DNA of 64,000 nucleotides from Escherichia coli (GTDB lineage Bacteria; Pseudomonadota; Gammaproteobacteria; Enterobacterales; Enterobacteriaceae): NCBI RefSeq assembly GCF_044324785.1, contig NZ_CP172127.1; one strand, 5' to 3'. Shown piece by piece: positions 33,401 to 42,975 of this stretch (position 1 is its first letter; each line of letters starts with the position of its first letter). The notes under the pieces were generated by a model. It saw only the letters and a program-made list of their open reading frames with translations, ran no database searches and was not told where the DNA came from. The position numbers and the translations under genes were made by a program.

Positions 33401-35703
33401 AGGATGTGAAATTTACCTTGCCAGCCTCCATGACCGGGAACTTCACGCTAAGTAGTGAAACCGCCCGCACCGATGCAAACGGCGATGCCGTGGTCACATT
33501 GCGAGGCACAAAAGCGGGTGAGTTTACAGTTACGGCGACGCTGACCAGAAATAATACCGTTGCTCATCAGCAAGTCACTTTTATTGGGGATACAAACAGC
33601 GCGCAGCTCCAGCCGCTGACTGCCTCATTAAATACCATTGTTGCGGGTAACAGTACGGGGAGTACCCTGACGGCAACGATCCTGGACGCTTACCAAAATC
33701 CGCTTAAAGACCAGCTGGTCACTTTCCAGAGTAACGATGTCACTCTAAGCGGAACAGAAGTCACCACCAATACGCTGGGTCAGGCGACGGTAACAATGAC
33801 CAGCAATATTGCCGGACAACATAACGTCGTGGTGAGCCGGAAAACGCAACCCTCCGATAATAAAACGTTTAGTTTATCAGTGCTCCCGGATGAAAGTTCG
33901 GCGAAGGTTATAAGTATAACCGGAGCCGAAAAAACGATAACGGTTGGCGAAAACATCACGCTACGGATACTCGTCCAGGACGCGTTTAACAATGTAATCG
34001 CGGGTCAACGCGTCAGATTAAGTGCGCAGCCAACAGCTCACATTACGATAGGCGATACGGCTTACACCGATAATAACGGTTACGCGTACGTTAATCTTAT
34101 TAGCACCCAGCCAGGGGTTTATCAGGTGACGGCAACGCTGGACAATAACAGTAGTAGTAAGGTTGACGTGAATGTGGCAAATGGCAAGCTCGAGTTAACA
34201 TCATCGAAGCCAGAAACCACGGTCCATAACAGTGAAGGTATTACGCTGACCGCAACGGCGAGAAATGCTCGGGATGAATTAATGCCTGGACAAATTATCA
34301 CCTTTAGCGTAACGCCTGAAGGTGCAACGCTAAGCAATACAGGGGAAGTCCTTACTGACCAGTATGGTCAGGCCAAAGTGACGCTGACCAGTGACAAAGT
34401 GAATGTCTATACCGTTACGGCCACAATGGGCAAAGATGTTCCCGTTCAGAGCCAGGTAACGGTTGCGGTTAAGGCAGATGCTAAAACGGCACATGTTGTG
34501 AGCGTTGTTGCTTCTCCTGACATCATCACCGCCGACGGCGTTGATAGCAGCACCATCACTTCACGAGTAGAAGATGATTACGGATTTCCGGTTGAAGGTG
34601 TCGATGTTAGTTATGCCTTAGACACCAAAGGCAGCCCGGTAGTTAATATTCCAACTACGCGTACCGATCAATCCGGGCAAGTCACGGCGACAATAACCAG
34701 TACATTGGCAGAAACTTTAACAGTCAATGTGCAAGTTCCTGGTACAGCCAACCAATCCGCAACCATTACATTGGTTGCCGACACGGCCGATGAAAGTAAG
34801 TCAATTTTGAAATCCGACGTTGACACTCTGAAGGCTGACTACCAGCAGAGCGCAAAACTTACGCTAACATTGCAAGACAAGTACGGTAACCCGATAGTGA
34901 CGTCTGATCATCTGGAATTTGTCCAGTCAGGCCCCTTCGTGAACTTTCTCAAGTTGAGCGATATTGATTACAGCCAAAGAAATTATGGCGAGTACACCGT
35001 TACTGTCACTGGCGGAAAAGAGGGAACAGCGACCCTCATTCCCATGCTGAACGGGGTTCATCAGGCAAAATTAAGCGTATCGCTGAATCTCATCCACTCG
35101 ATAAAAGAAATGTCCGGTCATGTCACTGCAAACAACCATACCTTCTCCACGGCTAAATTCCCGAGCGAAGGTTTTGCAGGAGCGTATTACACACTCAACA
35201 ATGATAACTTTGAAGCGGGTAAAACCGTTGATGATTATATGTTTTCAAGTTCACAGAGTTGGGTGTCTGTCGATGCGTCAGGTAAAGTTTCTTTCTCAAA
35301 TATCGGCGATCAAACGTCAGTCACAATAAGTGCTGTTCCCCGACAAGGAGGTACAACCTACCAGACCTTAATTAAGCTGAAAGGCTGGTGGGTGAATAAT
35401 GGAAATCATACCAATATCTGGCTAGCTGCCAATGCGCTCTGTCATGCTAAAAATGATGGATATACTCTTCCTGGCATCACACATTTGACGTCTGGCGAAA
35501 ACAAACGCACGCAGGGATCGCTATATGGTGAATGGGGGAACGTTGGAGCGTTTTCCAGTAATTCGCCATTTACACCGGGTGCTTACTGGACAAATGAATC
35601 TGATGATTACAATAGGCACTACTATGTGCAGATGCTAACGGGTATGACCGGAAGCGACGCTGATTCCAGCCCCCAACTGACCGCCTGCCGTAAATCACTT
35701 TAA
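30463..35703 (+). CDS. Large inverse autotransporter adhesin of the intimin/invasin family (LysM, beta-barrel, ~12 bacterial Ig-like repeats, C-terminal C-type-lectin-like domain)
   Basis: 1746 aa; N-terminal signal-like segment; LysM-like block (SVADRFGISLEELRRLNQF); beta-barrel region with W/Y-rich strands (…GLGWRHF…, …GAEYWRDY…); repeated Big_1-like modules with recurring motifs (TLTVTAHDSDGTPVPG, TLTATVTDFHNNPLKD, TLTATILDAYQNPLKD, VTLTSDKVNVYTVTATMGKD); cysteine-containing C-terminal lectin-like tail. Confidence 0.8.
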   Translation: MASTNAHQIKNNDQNSLCGLGDKIRRLTAGVCLFTQIFFPVMATAQNVVHAKPQTTVSSPSPLIENNTVPYTLGALESAQSVADRFGISLEELRRLNQFRTFARGFDNVRQGEELDVPATTLQKSHEQQNAVPPANGENTLENQIASTSQQVGTLLSQDMNSEQASGMARGWASSEASGAMTDWLNNFGTAKISLGVDEDFSLKNSQFDFLHPWYDKPDYLLFSQHTLHRTDDRTQINTGLGWRHFTPSWMSGINLFFDHDLSRYHSRAGLGAEYWRDYLKLSSNAYIGLTGWRSAPELDNDYEARPANGWDLRAEGWLPAWPQLGGKLVYEQYYGDEVALFDKNDRQSNPHAITAGLNYTPFPLLTLSAEQRQGKQGENDTRFAVDLTWHPSSSMQKQLNPDEVAGRRSLAGSRYDLIDRNNNIVLEYRKKELIRLSLLDPVKGKSGEIKPLVSSIQTKYALKGYNIEAAALEAAGGKISTSGKDITVTLPGYRFTNTPETDNTWSIDVTAEDVKGNLSRHEQSMVVIQAPTLSQKDSLLSVNPLTVAADKKSTTTLTVTAHDSDGTPVPGLALQTRSEGVQDITLSDWTDNGDGSYTQMLTAGTTSGSVTLTPQINGESAVKESIVVNIVPVVSSRDHSSITIDNVSYYAGDDIKVRVELKDDSNQPVAYQKEELVKAVTVENSKPGATIVWNEEQPGVYAANYPAHKQGTALRAQLSLHNWNAPLQSHIYNIEANQNKARVATLSATNNDVYADKKTFNTLTINVTDESDNPLTNHQVTFKNEKGSAEFVEPPQQNTDAYGVATINMVSQVAEENTISATLPNGFSQRIIAKFVSDSSTPKFKQLVADPDTIIAGNSQGSTLTATVTDFHNNPLKDMKVNFVAPGGSQLDNTTATTDQSGIVRVHLTSSKAGSYSVDASLEADKNIHQSVTITVVPNREQSVMTLNAGSGSAIANNTNTVILTASVKDVYGHPLPDEDVKFTLPASMTGNFTLSSETARTDANGDAVVTLRGTKAGEFTVTATLTRNNTVAHQQVTFIGDTNSAQLQPLTASLNTIVAGNSTGSTLTATILDAYQNPLKDQLVTFQSNDVTLSGTEVTTNTLGQATVTMTSNIAGQHNVVVSRKTQPSDNKTFSLSVLPDESSAKVISITGAEKTITVGENITLRILVQDAFNNVIAGQRVRLSAQPTAHITIGDTAYTDNNGYAYVNLISTQPGVYQVTATLDNNSSSKVDVNVANGKLELTSSKPETTVHNSEGITLTATARNARDELMPGQIITFSVTPEGATLSNTGEVLTDQYGQAKVTLTSDKVNVYTVTATMGKDVPVQSQVTVAVKADAKTAHVVSVVASPDIITADGVDSSTITSRVEDDYGFPVEGVDVSYALDTKGSPVVNIPTTRTDQSGQVTATITSTLAETLTVNVQVPGTANQSATITLVADTADESKSILKSDVDTLKADYQQSAKLTLTLQDKYGNPIVTSDHLEFVQSGPFVNFLKLSDIDYSQRNYGEYTVTVTGGKEGTATLIPMLNGVHQAKLSVSLNLIHSIKEMSGHVTANNHTFSTAKFPSEGFAGAYYTLNNDNFEAGKTVDDYMFSSSQSWVSVDASGKVSFSNIGDQTSVTISAVPRQGGTTYQTLIKLKGWWVNNGNHTNIWLAANALCHAKNDGYTLPGITHLTSGENKRTQGSLYGEWGNVGAFSSNSPFTPGAYWTNESDDYNRHYYVQMLTGMTGSDADSSPQLTACRKSL

Positions 35704-35718
35704 TTTCAGCAGGTAATT

Positions 35719-35746
35719 AAGGATACCCTTTTGCGAGGGTATCCTT
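35719..35746. terminator. Hairpin between convergent adhesin gene and kptA (candidate bidirectional terminator)
   Basis: AAGGATACCCT tttgcg AGGGTATCCTT perfect 11-bp stem. Confidence 0.5.
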
Positions 35747-35770
35747 TCCGACTGATAACAAACGCTACAT

Positions 35771-35796
35771 TGCCTGATCCGCTGCGCTTATCAGGC
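35771..35796. repeat. REP-like palindromic element (partial)
   Basis: TGCCTGATCCGCTGCGCTTATCAGGC resembles the REP consensus. Confidence 0.4.
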
Positions 35797-35823
35797 TTAT
35801 ATAACCCCTGCAATATATTGAAT

Positions 35824-36408
35824 TTATTGTTTTTGTCGCCCAGCCGGCATGAACGACCACTCAAGAAACTCAACAGCAACCGTTGATGTCAGCCAGACTC
35901 CGTTTTCCGCTTGCCAGAAAGGGATGCCTCGTTTCGCCATTTCCTGTGCTTTTACGGTTAAGATAACCGGCGATCCGTGTCTTGCTCCCACTTTGCGTGC
36001 CGTTGCTTCATCAGCAGAGAGATGCACGTAATGACGCTCCCCTGCAATCAGCCCCTGTTTTTTTATCTCGTCAAGGAAACGGCTTGCCGTACCGTGATAG
36101 AGAAACTGTGGCGGTGTTTTTTCGGCAAAGGAAATGGCGACCTGCGAAGTCGAATGCCCCTGAACCGCGCGAATGCACCTACCATCACTGGAATAACTAA
36201 AACGCTTTTTATCGCTGGTGGCGACAACGGTATCCAGCAATGCACGGGTTAACCGCTTGCCCGATTTTTGGGCACAAAGTATGAGCTTATCGATATCCGT
36301 CCATCCTTCACGGTCCAGTACGATACCAATCGCCTCCGGTTTGTGTCGGAGGACAAAACTTAAAAACTTGCTCGTATCCGCCAGCTCTTTTTCGTTGTAC
36401 TTTGCCAT
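35824..36408 (-). CDS. kptA: RNA 2-prime-phosphotransferase KptA (Tpt1 family)
   Basis: Begins [36 protein letters not shown]...; Tpt1/KptA signature; the upstream in-frame extension in the ORF track lacks a ribosome-binding site. Confidence 0.85.
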   Translation of the reverse strand: MAKYNEKELADTSKFLSFVLRHKPEAIGIVLDREGWTDIDKLILCAQKSGKRLTRALLDTVVATSDKKRFSYSSDGRCIRAVQGHSTSQVAISFAEKTPPQFLYHGTASRFLDEIKKQGLIAGERHYVHLSADEATARKVGARHGSPVILTVKAQEMAKRGIPFWQAENGVWLTSTVAVEFLEWSFMPAGRQKQ

Positions 36409-36657
36409 CTCGTTTTCGTCCCTGGATTTTCTGTTTTTATTTACTGATGTCATTGTCACTGGGTTTATGAATTTACTGCAACTCAATCCTGCGCAGAACC
36501 TTTTCCACACAGCGTAATTTTTCCGCTATGCAAAAAACGCATAGCCAGAAACATACTTGCATTTTCCCCATACCCACATGGCTGATAAGGTTTTTCGGCT
36601 CCAGGAATTTTCCTGGCTCAAGCAACACACAAACACAAAAAAACAATGGGGATTGTT

Positions 36658-37341
36658 ATGACACAACAAGGGGATGCTGTAGCCGGGGAGCTGGCGACAG
36701 AAAAAGTGGGCATTAAAGGGTATCTTGCTTTTTTTCTCACCATAATCTTTTTTTCCGGTGTTTTTTCCGGGACAGACAGTTGGTGGCGCGTTTTTGATTT
36801 TTCCGTGCTGAACGGATCGTTTGGGCAACTGCCTGGTGCGAACGGAGCCACCACCTCGTTTCGCGGCGCGGGTGGCGCGGGGGCTAAAGATGGCTTTCTC
36901 TTTGCGCTGGAGCTGGCACCGTCAGTCATTCTCTCTCTGGGGATTATTTCAATTACCGATGGTCTTGGCGGATTACGCGCCGCGCAGCAGTTAATGACGC
37001 CAGTGCTAAAACCGTTGTTGGGCATTCCAGGGATCTGCTCGCTGGCGCTGATCGCTAACCTGCAAAACACCGATGCCGCCGCCGGTATGACCAAAGAGCT
37101 GGCGCAGGAAGGTGAAATTACCGAACGCGATAAAGTGATTTTCGCCGCATATCAAACCAGCGGTAGCGCCATCATCACCAACTACTTCTCTTCCGGCGTC
37201 GCGGTGTTTGCCTTTCTGGGCACGTCCGTAATCGTACCTTTAGCCGTCATCCTGGTGTTTAAATTTGTCGGAGCCAACATTTTGCGCGTCTGGCTTAACT
37301 TCGAAGAACGTCGCAACCCAACGCAAGGAGCGCAAGCATGA
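36658..37341 (+). CDS. yjiH: Nucleoside-recognition-domain inner membrane protein YjiH
   Basis: Begins MTQQGDAVAGELATEKVGIKGYLAFFLTIIFF...; start 36658 preferred (GGGGA 5 nt upstream) over ATG 36646; stop overlaps the yjiG start. Confidence 0.8.
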   Translation: MTQQGDAVAGELATEKVGIKGYLAFFLTIIFFSGVFSGTDSWWRVFDFSVLNGSFGQLPGANGATTSFRGAGGAGAKDGFLFALELAPSVILSLGIISITDGLGGLRAAQQLMTPVLKPLLGIPGICSLALIANLQNTDAAAGMTKELAQEGEITERDKVIFAAYQTSGSAIITNYFSSGVAVFAFLGTSVIVPLAVILVFKFVGANILRVWLNFEERRNPTQGAQA

Positions 37342-37799
37342 CAACTCAGGTCCGCAAAAACGTCATGGATATGTTTATCGATGGCGCGCGCCGTGGCTTT
37401 ACTATCGCCACCACCAACCTGCTGCCAAACGTGGTGATGGCATTTGTCATCATTCAGGCGCTGAAAATTACCGGCCTGCTCGACTGGGTTGGGCATATCT
37501 GTGAACCCGTAATGGCGCTGTGGGGATTGCCAGGTGAAGCGGCAACCGTCCTTTTAGCCGCATTAATGAGTATGGGTGGCGCAGTCGGTGTTGCCGCCAG
37601 TCTGGCAACCGCTGGCGCATTAACCGGTCACGATGTCACCGTTTTACTGCCCGCGATGTATTTAATGGGCAACCCGGTGCAAAATGTCGGTCGCTGCCTG
37701 GGGACAGCCGAAGTGAATGCCAAATATTACCCGCATATCATTACGGTCTGCGTGATTAACGCATTGCTGTCGATCTGGGTTATGCAGCTTATTGTTTAA
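37338..37799 (+). CDS. yjiG: SpmB-like inner membrane protein YjiG
   Basis: 153-aa hydrophobic protein, ATGA-coupled to yjiH. Confidence 0.8.
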   Translation: MTTQVRKNVMDMFIDGARRGFTIATTNLLPNVVMAFVIIQALKITGLLDWVGHICEPVMALWGLPGEAATVLLAALMSMGGAVGVAASLATAGALTGHDVTVLLPAMYLMGNPVQNVGRCLGTAEVNAKYYPHIITVCVINALLSIWVMQLIV

Positions 37800-37811
37800 C
37801 AAGGAGTTACC

Positions 37812-38984
37812 ATGATTGATTATACCGCAGCCGGTTTTACCCTGCTGCAGGGAGCGCATTTGTATGCGCCGGAAGATCGGGGAGTTTGCGATGTCCTCGT
37901 CGCTAACGGCAAAATTATCGCCGTTGCCAGTAATATCCCTTCTGACATTGTACCGGACTGCACGGTTGTCGATCTCAGCGGGCAGATCCTCTGCCCAGGT
38001 TTTATTGATCAACACGTTCATTTGATTGGCGGTGGCGGTGAAGCAGGTCCCACGACGCGCACGCCGGAAGTGGCGTTAAGTCGTCTGACGGAAGCGGGCG
38101 TCACGTCAGTGGTTGGTCTGCTCGGCACTGACTCTATCTCTCGTCACCCGGAATCCCTGCTCGCCAAGACCCGTGCGCTCAATGAAGAAGGCATCAGCGC
38201 CTGGATGCTGACCGGCGCTTATCATGTCCCTTCCCGCACTATTACGGGTTCCGTGGAAAAAGACGTGGCGATTATCGATCGCGTGATTGGTGTGAAATGC
38301 GCCATCTCTGATCACCGTTCTGCCGCACCTGACGTTTATCACCTGGCTAATATGGCGGCGGAATCCCGCGTTGGCGGTTTGCTTGGCGGTAAACCTGGCG
38401 TCACCGTGTTCCACATGGGCGACAGTAAGAAGGCGTTACAGCCTGTCTATGACCTGCTGGAAAACTGCGATGTGCCGATCAGCAAGCTGCTGCCGACCCA
38501 CGTTAACCGCAACGTACCGTTGTTTGAGCAGGCGCTGGAGTTCGCGCGCAAAGGCGGCACCATCGATATCACCAGCAGCATTGACGAACCGGTCGCCCCT
38601 GCCGAAGGTATTGCCCGCGCCGTTCAGGCGGGTATTCCGCTGGCACGCGTCACCCTCAGCTCCGACGGCAACGGTAGCCAGCCGTTCTTCGATGACGAAG
38701 GGAATTTAACCCATATCGGTGTTGCCGGTTTTGAAACGTTGCTGGAAACCGTGCAGGTGCTGGTCAAAGACTATGATTTCAGTATCAGCGATGCCCTGCG
38801 CCCGCTCACCAGTAGCGTAGCCGGTTTCCTTAACCTGAGCGGGAAAGGCGAAATTCTGCCAGGCAATGACGCAGACTTACTGGTCATGACGCCAGAATTG
38901 CGCATTGAGCAGGTATACGCTCGCGGCAAACTGATGGTCAAAGACGGCAAAGCCTGCGTGAAAGGAACGTTTGAAACGGCATAA
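37812..38984 (+). CDS. iadA: Isoaspartyl dipeptidase IadA (amidohydrolase superfamily)
   Basis: 390 aa; metal-binding HxH motif (FIDQHVHLIGGGGE); recognised as IadA. Confidence 0.9.
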   Translation: MIDYTAAGFTLLQGAHLYAPEDRGVCDVLVANGKIIAVASNIPSDIVPDCTVVDLSGQILCPGFIDQHVHLIGGGGEAGPTTRTPEVALSRLTEAGVTSVVGLLGTDSISRHPESLLAKTRALNEEGISAWMLTGAYHVPSRTITGSVEKDVAIIDRVIGVKCAISDHRSAAPDVYHLANMAAESRVGGLLGGKPGVTVFHMGDSKKALQPVYDLLENCDVPISKLLPTHVNRNVPLFEQALEFARKGGTIDITSSIDEPVAPAEGIARAVQAGIPLARVTLSSDGNGSQPFFDDEGNLTHIGVAGFETLLETVQVLVKDYDFSISDALRPLTSSVAGFLNLSGKGEILPGNDADLLVMTPELRIEQVYARGKLMVKDGKACVKGTFETA

Positions 38985-39048
38985 ACGGTTGTCAGCCGCC
39001 CGAATGGACGTAGAATGCCCGCAAGGGCGGCTGACAGAGTAAAACGTA

Positions 39049-39960
39049 ATGGATGACTGTGGTGCGGTTTTGCATAATATTGAAACAAAATGGCTTTATG
39101 ATTTTCTGACCCTGGAAAAATGCCGCAACTTTTCCCAAGCGGCAGTCAGTCGCAACGTCTCGCAACCGGCATTCAGCCGCCGCATCCGTGCACTGGAACA
39201 GGCGATTGGCGTTGAATTGTTTAACCGCCAGGTGACGCCGCTGCAACTCTCGGAACAAGGGAAAATCTTTCATTCGCAGATCCGCCATCTGTTGCAACAG
39301 TTAGAAAGCAACCTGGCAGAGCTGCGTGGCGGCAGCGATTACGCGCAACGTAAAATCAAGATTGCCGCTGCACACTCTCTTTCCCTCGGTCTGTTACCGT
39401 CCATTATCAGCCAGATGCCGCCGCTCTTTACCTGGGCGATTGAAGCCATTGATGTCGATGAAGCGGTCGATAAACTGCGTGAAGGGCAAAGTGACTGTAT
39501 TTTTTCCTTTCACGACGAAGATTTGCTGGAAGCACCGTTTGACCACATTCGCTTATTTGAATCTCAATTGTTCCCCGTCTGCGCCAGTGACGAACACGGA
39601 GAAGCGCTGTTTAACCTCGCGCAGCCACACTTTCCGTTACTGAATTACAGCCGCAACTCCTACATGGGGCGATTGATTAATCGCACCCTGACGCGCCACA
39701 GTGAGTTGAGTTTCAGCACCTTTTTTGTCTCTTCGATGAGCGAGCTTTTAAAGCAGGTTGCCCTCGACGGCTGTGGGATTGCCTGGCTGCCGGAGTACGC
39801 CATCCAACAAGAAATTCGCAGCGGGCAGCTCGTTGTACTGAATCGGGAAGAACTGGTGATCCCGATTCAGGCCTACGCATACCGGATGAATACCCGCATG
39901 AATCCAGTTGCCGAACGCTTTTGGCGTGAACTGCGCGAGCTGGAGATTGTGCTTAGCTGA
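39049..39960 (+). CDS. hypT: LysR-type hypochlorite-responsive transcriptional regulator HypT (YjiE)
   Basis: 303 aa; N-terminal LysR HTH ([29 protein letters not shown]). Confidence 0.85.
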   Translation: MDDCGAVLHNIETKWLYDFLTLEKCRNFSQAAVSRNVSQPAFSRRIRALEQAIGVELFNRQVTPLQLSEQGKIFHSQIRHLLQQLESNLAELRGGSDYAQRKIKIAAAHSLSLGLLPSIISQMPPLFTWAIEAIDVDEAVDKLREGQSDCIFSFHDEDLLEAPFDHIRLFESQLFPVCASDEHGEALFNLAQPHFPLLNYSRNSYMGRLINRTLTRHSELSFSTFFVSSMSELLKQVALDGCGIAWLPEYAIQQEIRSGQLVVLNREELVIPIQAYAYRMNTRMNPVAERFWRELRELEIVLS

Positions 39961-40345
39961 CATTCTCCAGCGTCGCACTACGCCAACCGCCATTATCCCA
40001 GACCAGATCAAACGTTAGCGGTTCATCGTCGTGGTACAGCATTATCTCAAGGCTGATCGCCAGTGTGTGGCTGTACGCTTCTTTCAAATTGACCTGCAAC
40101 GCCGCAATCCGTGGCTCATGAAATAACAGTGCAGAACGCAGCTGACGGCAATACCAGCTCTGAAGATGTTTGTCGCTCTGGTTATGCACTTGCCACTCGG
40201 GCATGCCTGAAACAAGTAATGACGGTAATGCCGAATGAGGAGAATTAAAAAGAGTGAGGAGATCGCTGCATACCGATTTACGCAGCAATGACGTTTTATT
40301 GCCTGAAATTTCAGGTAAAACAGCCTGAAGTGATTGGCGCATCAT
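39953..40345 (-). CDS. iraD: Anti-adaptor protein IraD (inhibitor of RssB-mediated RpoS degradation)
   Basis: 130 aa beginning [25 protein letters not shown]...; 3-prime end overlaps hypT convergently. Confidence 0.8.
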   Translation of the reverse strand: MMRQSLQAVLPEISGNKTSLLRKSVCSDLLTLFNSPHSALPSLLVSGMPEWQVHNQSDKHLQSWYCRQLRSALLFHEPRIAALQVNLKEAYSHTLAISLEIMLYHDDEPLTFDLVWDNGGWRSATLENVS

Positions 40346-41016
40346 TTTGCGCACTCCTGACGTTTAGCAACATATGCGGCTTGCCCTGAACACCGGGCAC
40401 CACTGTATTGATGCTCATTTTCCATAGCCATTCCCTTTTGTTCATTACATCCATGTCAGTCTGAGACAGGCCTGAATCCTGTCAGCAAAGTATAAAACCT
40501 TACTTGCCTATGAATATCTACTGACTTTTCAGGAAAAAAGTCATGATTTGATAAAAATCATCAAACTCAAAAAAAAACCGCTAGTATATTCTGAATATTC
40601 CGAATAGTTACGTAGATGAAAATACTTGTCACCGCCGCTACTTAATTCCGGTGGGAAATTATTTATTTCCGCATAATCAGCCATGTATTATTTGAAACAA
40701 TTAGTTTGTAAATAATATAAATTGATAACATATCAAATACATCAAAAATACCATTCACAGGCATTATTAATATAGACATCAATATAGCAACATCAAATTC
40801 CAATTAGTAATAAGATATGCTTTTAAATTGCATGCAAATAATTTTAAATGAGCGTTTTTTGATACTTTAGAGTGTTTCCCACCATTTAATATCACCATGT
40901 AGAGTTGATATCACTACAACAGAAACATGCATGTCATTTTTTTACTTCTTTTTTACTACAGAAAAATTTATCTATTTTTCTAAACATCAGTAAAATACTC
41001 ATAAAAGGTAACTATT

Positions 41017-41847
41017 ATGTCTATGCCATTAAGCAATGCCCTTCAGAGTCAAATTATTATAGATGATCACTTCCTTCATCATCCAAAAGTCGACAGTGAG
41101 TTAATACGTAAATATGAACGTGCACGCCTGGATACGGAAAATATCTATCTTCTGCCTCTTGTTCGTGGCAATAACCATAATTACGATGGAAAAAGCGTTG
41201 TCGAAATTAGAAAACTTGATATTAGTAAAGAGTACTGGCCATTTAATTATGTGACAGAAACATGCAGAGAATCCGATGGTATTACAACAACAGGACGTAT
41301 GCTCTATCGAAACTTGAAAATCACCTCAGCTTTAGACGATATATATGGTGGTATATGTAAAAAGGCGCATGCTGCCACAGAGTTAGCAGAAGGATTACGG
41401 CTAAATTTATTTATGAAGAGCCCTTCCTATCCTGTTGAGGACTATACAGTTCATGAAATAACATTAGGCCCTGGTTGCAATGTTCCAGGTTACGCCGGAA
41501 CCACGATAGGATATATTTCAACTCTTCCAACTTCTCAGGCAAAAAGATGGACCAATGAGCAGCCAAAGATTGATATCTATATTGATCAGATAATGACGGT
41601 AACAGGGGTAGCAAATTCTTCCGGATTCGCCCTTGCCGCATTACTTAATGCTAATATTGGAATGGGAAATGACCCAATAATTGGTATAGAAGCCTATCCC
41701 GGTACCGCGGAGATCCATGCAAAAATGGGGTATAAAGTTATCCCCGGTGATGAAAATGCGCCACTCAAACGTATGACTTTGCAACCGTCATCTCTTCCAG
41801 AGCTGTTTGAATTAAAAAATGGTGAATGGAATTATATTGGTAAATAA
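41017..41847 (+). CDS. yjiC: Uncharacterised protein YjiC
   Basis: 276-aa ORF with AAAGG Shine-Dalgarno; AT-rich gene preceded by a ~660-bp strongly AT-rich intergenic region; no recognisable motifs. Confidence 0.7.
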   Translation: MSMPLSNALQSQIIIDDHFLHHPKVDSELIRKYERARLDTENIYLLPLVRGNNHNYDGKSVVEIRKLDISKEYWPFNYVTETCRESDGITTTGRMLYRNLKITSALDDIYGGICKKAHAATELAEGLRLNLFMKSPSYPVEDYTVHEITLGPGCNVPGYAGTTIGYISTLPTSQAKRWTNEQPKIDIYIDQIMTVTGVANSSGFALAALLNANIGMGNDPIIGIEAYPGTAEIHAKMGYKVIPGDENAPLKRMTLQPSSLPELFELKNGEWNYIGK

Positions 41848-41987
41848 CCACTGAGAAGAATGAGTACTCACGTTCAGGTTATACAGATAGTTAAACAATA
41901 CCCTGCAATTTAGAAAGTAATACTCATTGCGACTTCTTAATTTAAGAAAGCGCAAGGAATGTTTACCCTTGCGCTTATCATAATAAG

Positions 41988-42761
41988 TCAGGCGTCGACT
42001 TTATCCAGCGGCCATGAATCAAACAGATAGCCGTCAAAATAAATATCGTCAACGTTCGAGAATTCCAGCAGACGTTGCTTAACGTTTTCCAGATGCTGCC
42101 ACATTGCCAGCTTCGCCGCTCGGGCATCTTTTTTGATTAACGCGGCGAGGATCTGTTTGTGATCGCCCAACCACTCTTTGCGATACAGGCTGTCATCCAG
42201 ATGGCTGTGCAACTGGATCCACATTGGATTGTTTTCCCGCCACTGCCAGGACTGACGGAATAGCTCCACCAGCATGCTGTTATGCGTCGCTTCGGCAATG
42301 GCGAGATGGAACTGCATGTCACCACTTTCGCTGCTGCCCGGCGCGCTGGAAGCAAGCTCACGCTCTTCCAGTTGCAATGCCTGACGCATTTTGACGATAT
42401 CTTCGCGGGTAGCCTGCAGGGCGGCAAATTCCGCGATGTTACTTTCCAGTAACTGACGCGCCTGTAACAGCTCAAAAGGACCGGCATCATTGCAGACGTT
42501 GGCATCCGGACTGTCTGTGTTGTGGCTGCCTGAGCTATCAAGAACATAAATACCGGCACCCCGGCGCACTTCCACCAGCCCTTTGATCTCCAGCATGATC
42601 AGCGCTTCACGTACCACCGTCCGCGTGACATCAAGCATTTCTGCAATTTCACGCTCCGGCGGCAGCCGTTCGCCAGGATTGTACGGTGTCTTTATGATCA
42701 GATCGCGGATCATCGCCCCGACTTCCTGGTAAGGTCTTTGCGCAGAGGTGGCAGATTTCAT
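41988..42761 (-). CDS. uxuR: GntR/FadR-family hexuronate regulon repressor UxuR
   Basis: 257 aa; N-terminal GntR HTH (EREIAEMLDVTRTVVREALIMLEIKGLVEVRRGAGIYV). Confidence 0.9.
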   Translation of the reverse strand: MKSATSAQRPYQEVGAMIRDLIIKTPYNPGERLPPEREIAEMLDVTRTVVREALIMLEIKGLVEVRRGAGIYVLDSSGSHNTDSPDANVCNDAGPFELLQARQLLESNIAEFAALQATREDIVKMRQALQLEERELASSAPGSSESGDMQFHLAIAEATHNSMLVELFRQSWQWRENNPMWIQLHSHLDDSLYRKEWLGDHKQILAALIKKDARAAKLAMWQHLENVKQRLLEFSNVDDIYFDGYLFDSWPLDKVDA

Positions 42762-42798
42762 GGTGTTGTGTCCGTTAGGTGCGGTTAATCAAATTTTT

Positions 42799-42832
42799 GC
42801 CGGATGCGGCGTGAACGCCTTATACGGCCTAC
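42799..42832. repeat. REP element
   Basis: GCCGGATGCGGCGTGAACGCCTTATACGGCCTAC, near-consensus REP between uxuR and uxuB. Confidence 0.6.
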
Positions 42833-42975
42833 AACGGGCAATTTTACGGCACCCGTTAATCTCAAACTATACCATTAGCACTGGAAGTTGGCACGTACAG
42901 GTGGGCAAAAAAACGAAAACTGGTCAACCAAATATGCGTTTGATTGACCAGTAAGTCTGTAGGGTAATCAGTTAG

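Noticed and set aside
36646-36657. Upstream ATG giving an MGIV N-terminal extension of yjiH
   Set aside because: No Shine-Dalgarno precedes it, whereas ATG 36658 has GGGGA at the right spacing.
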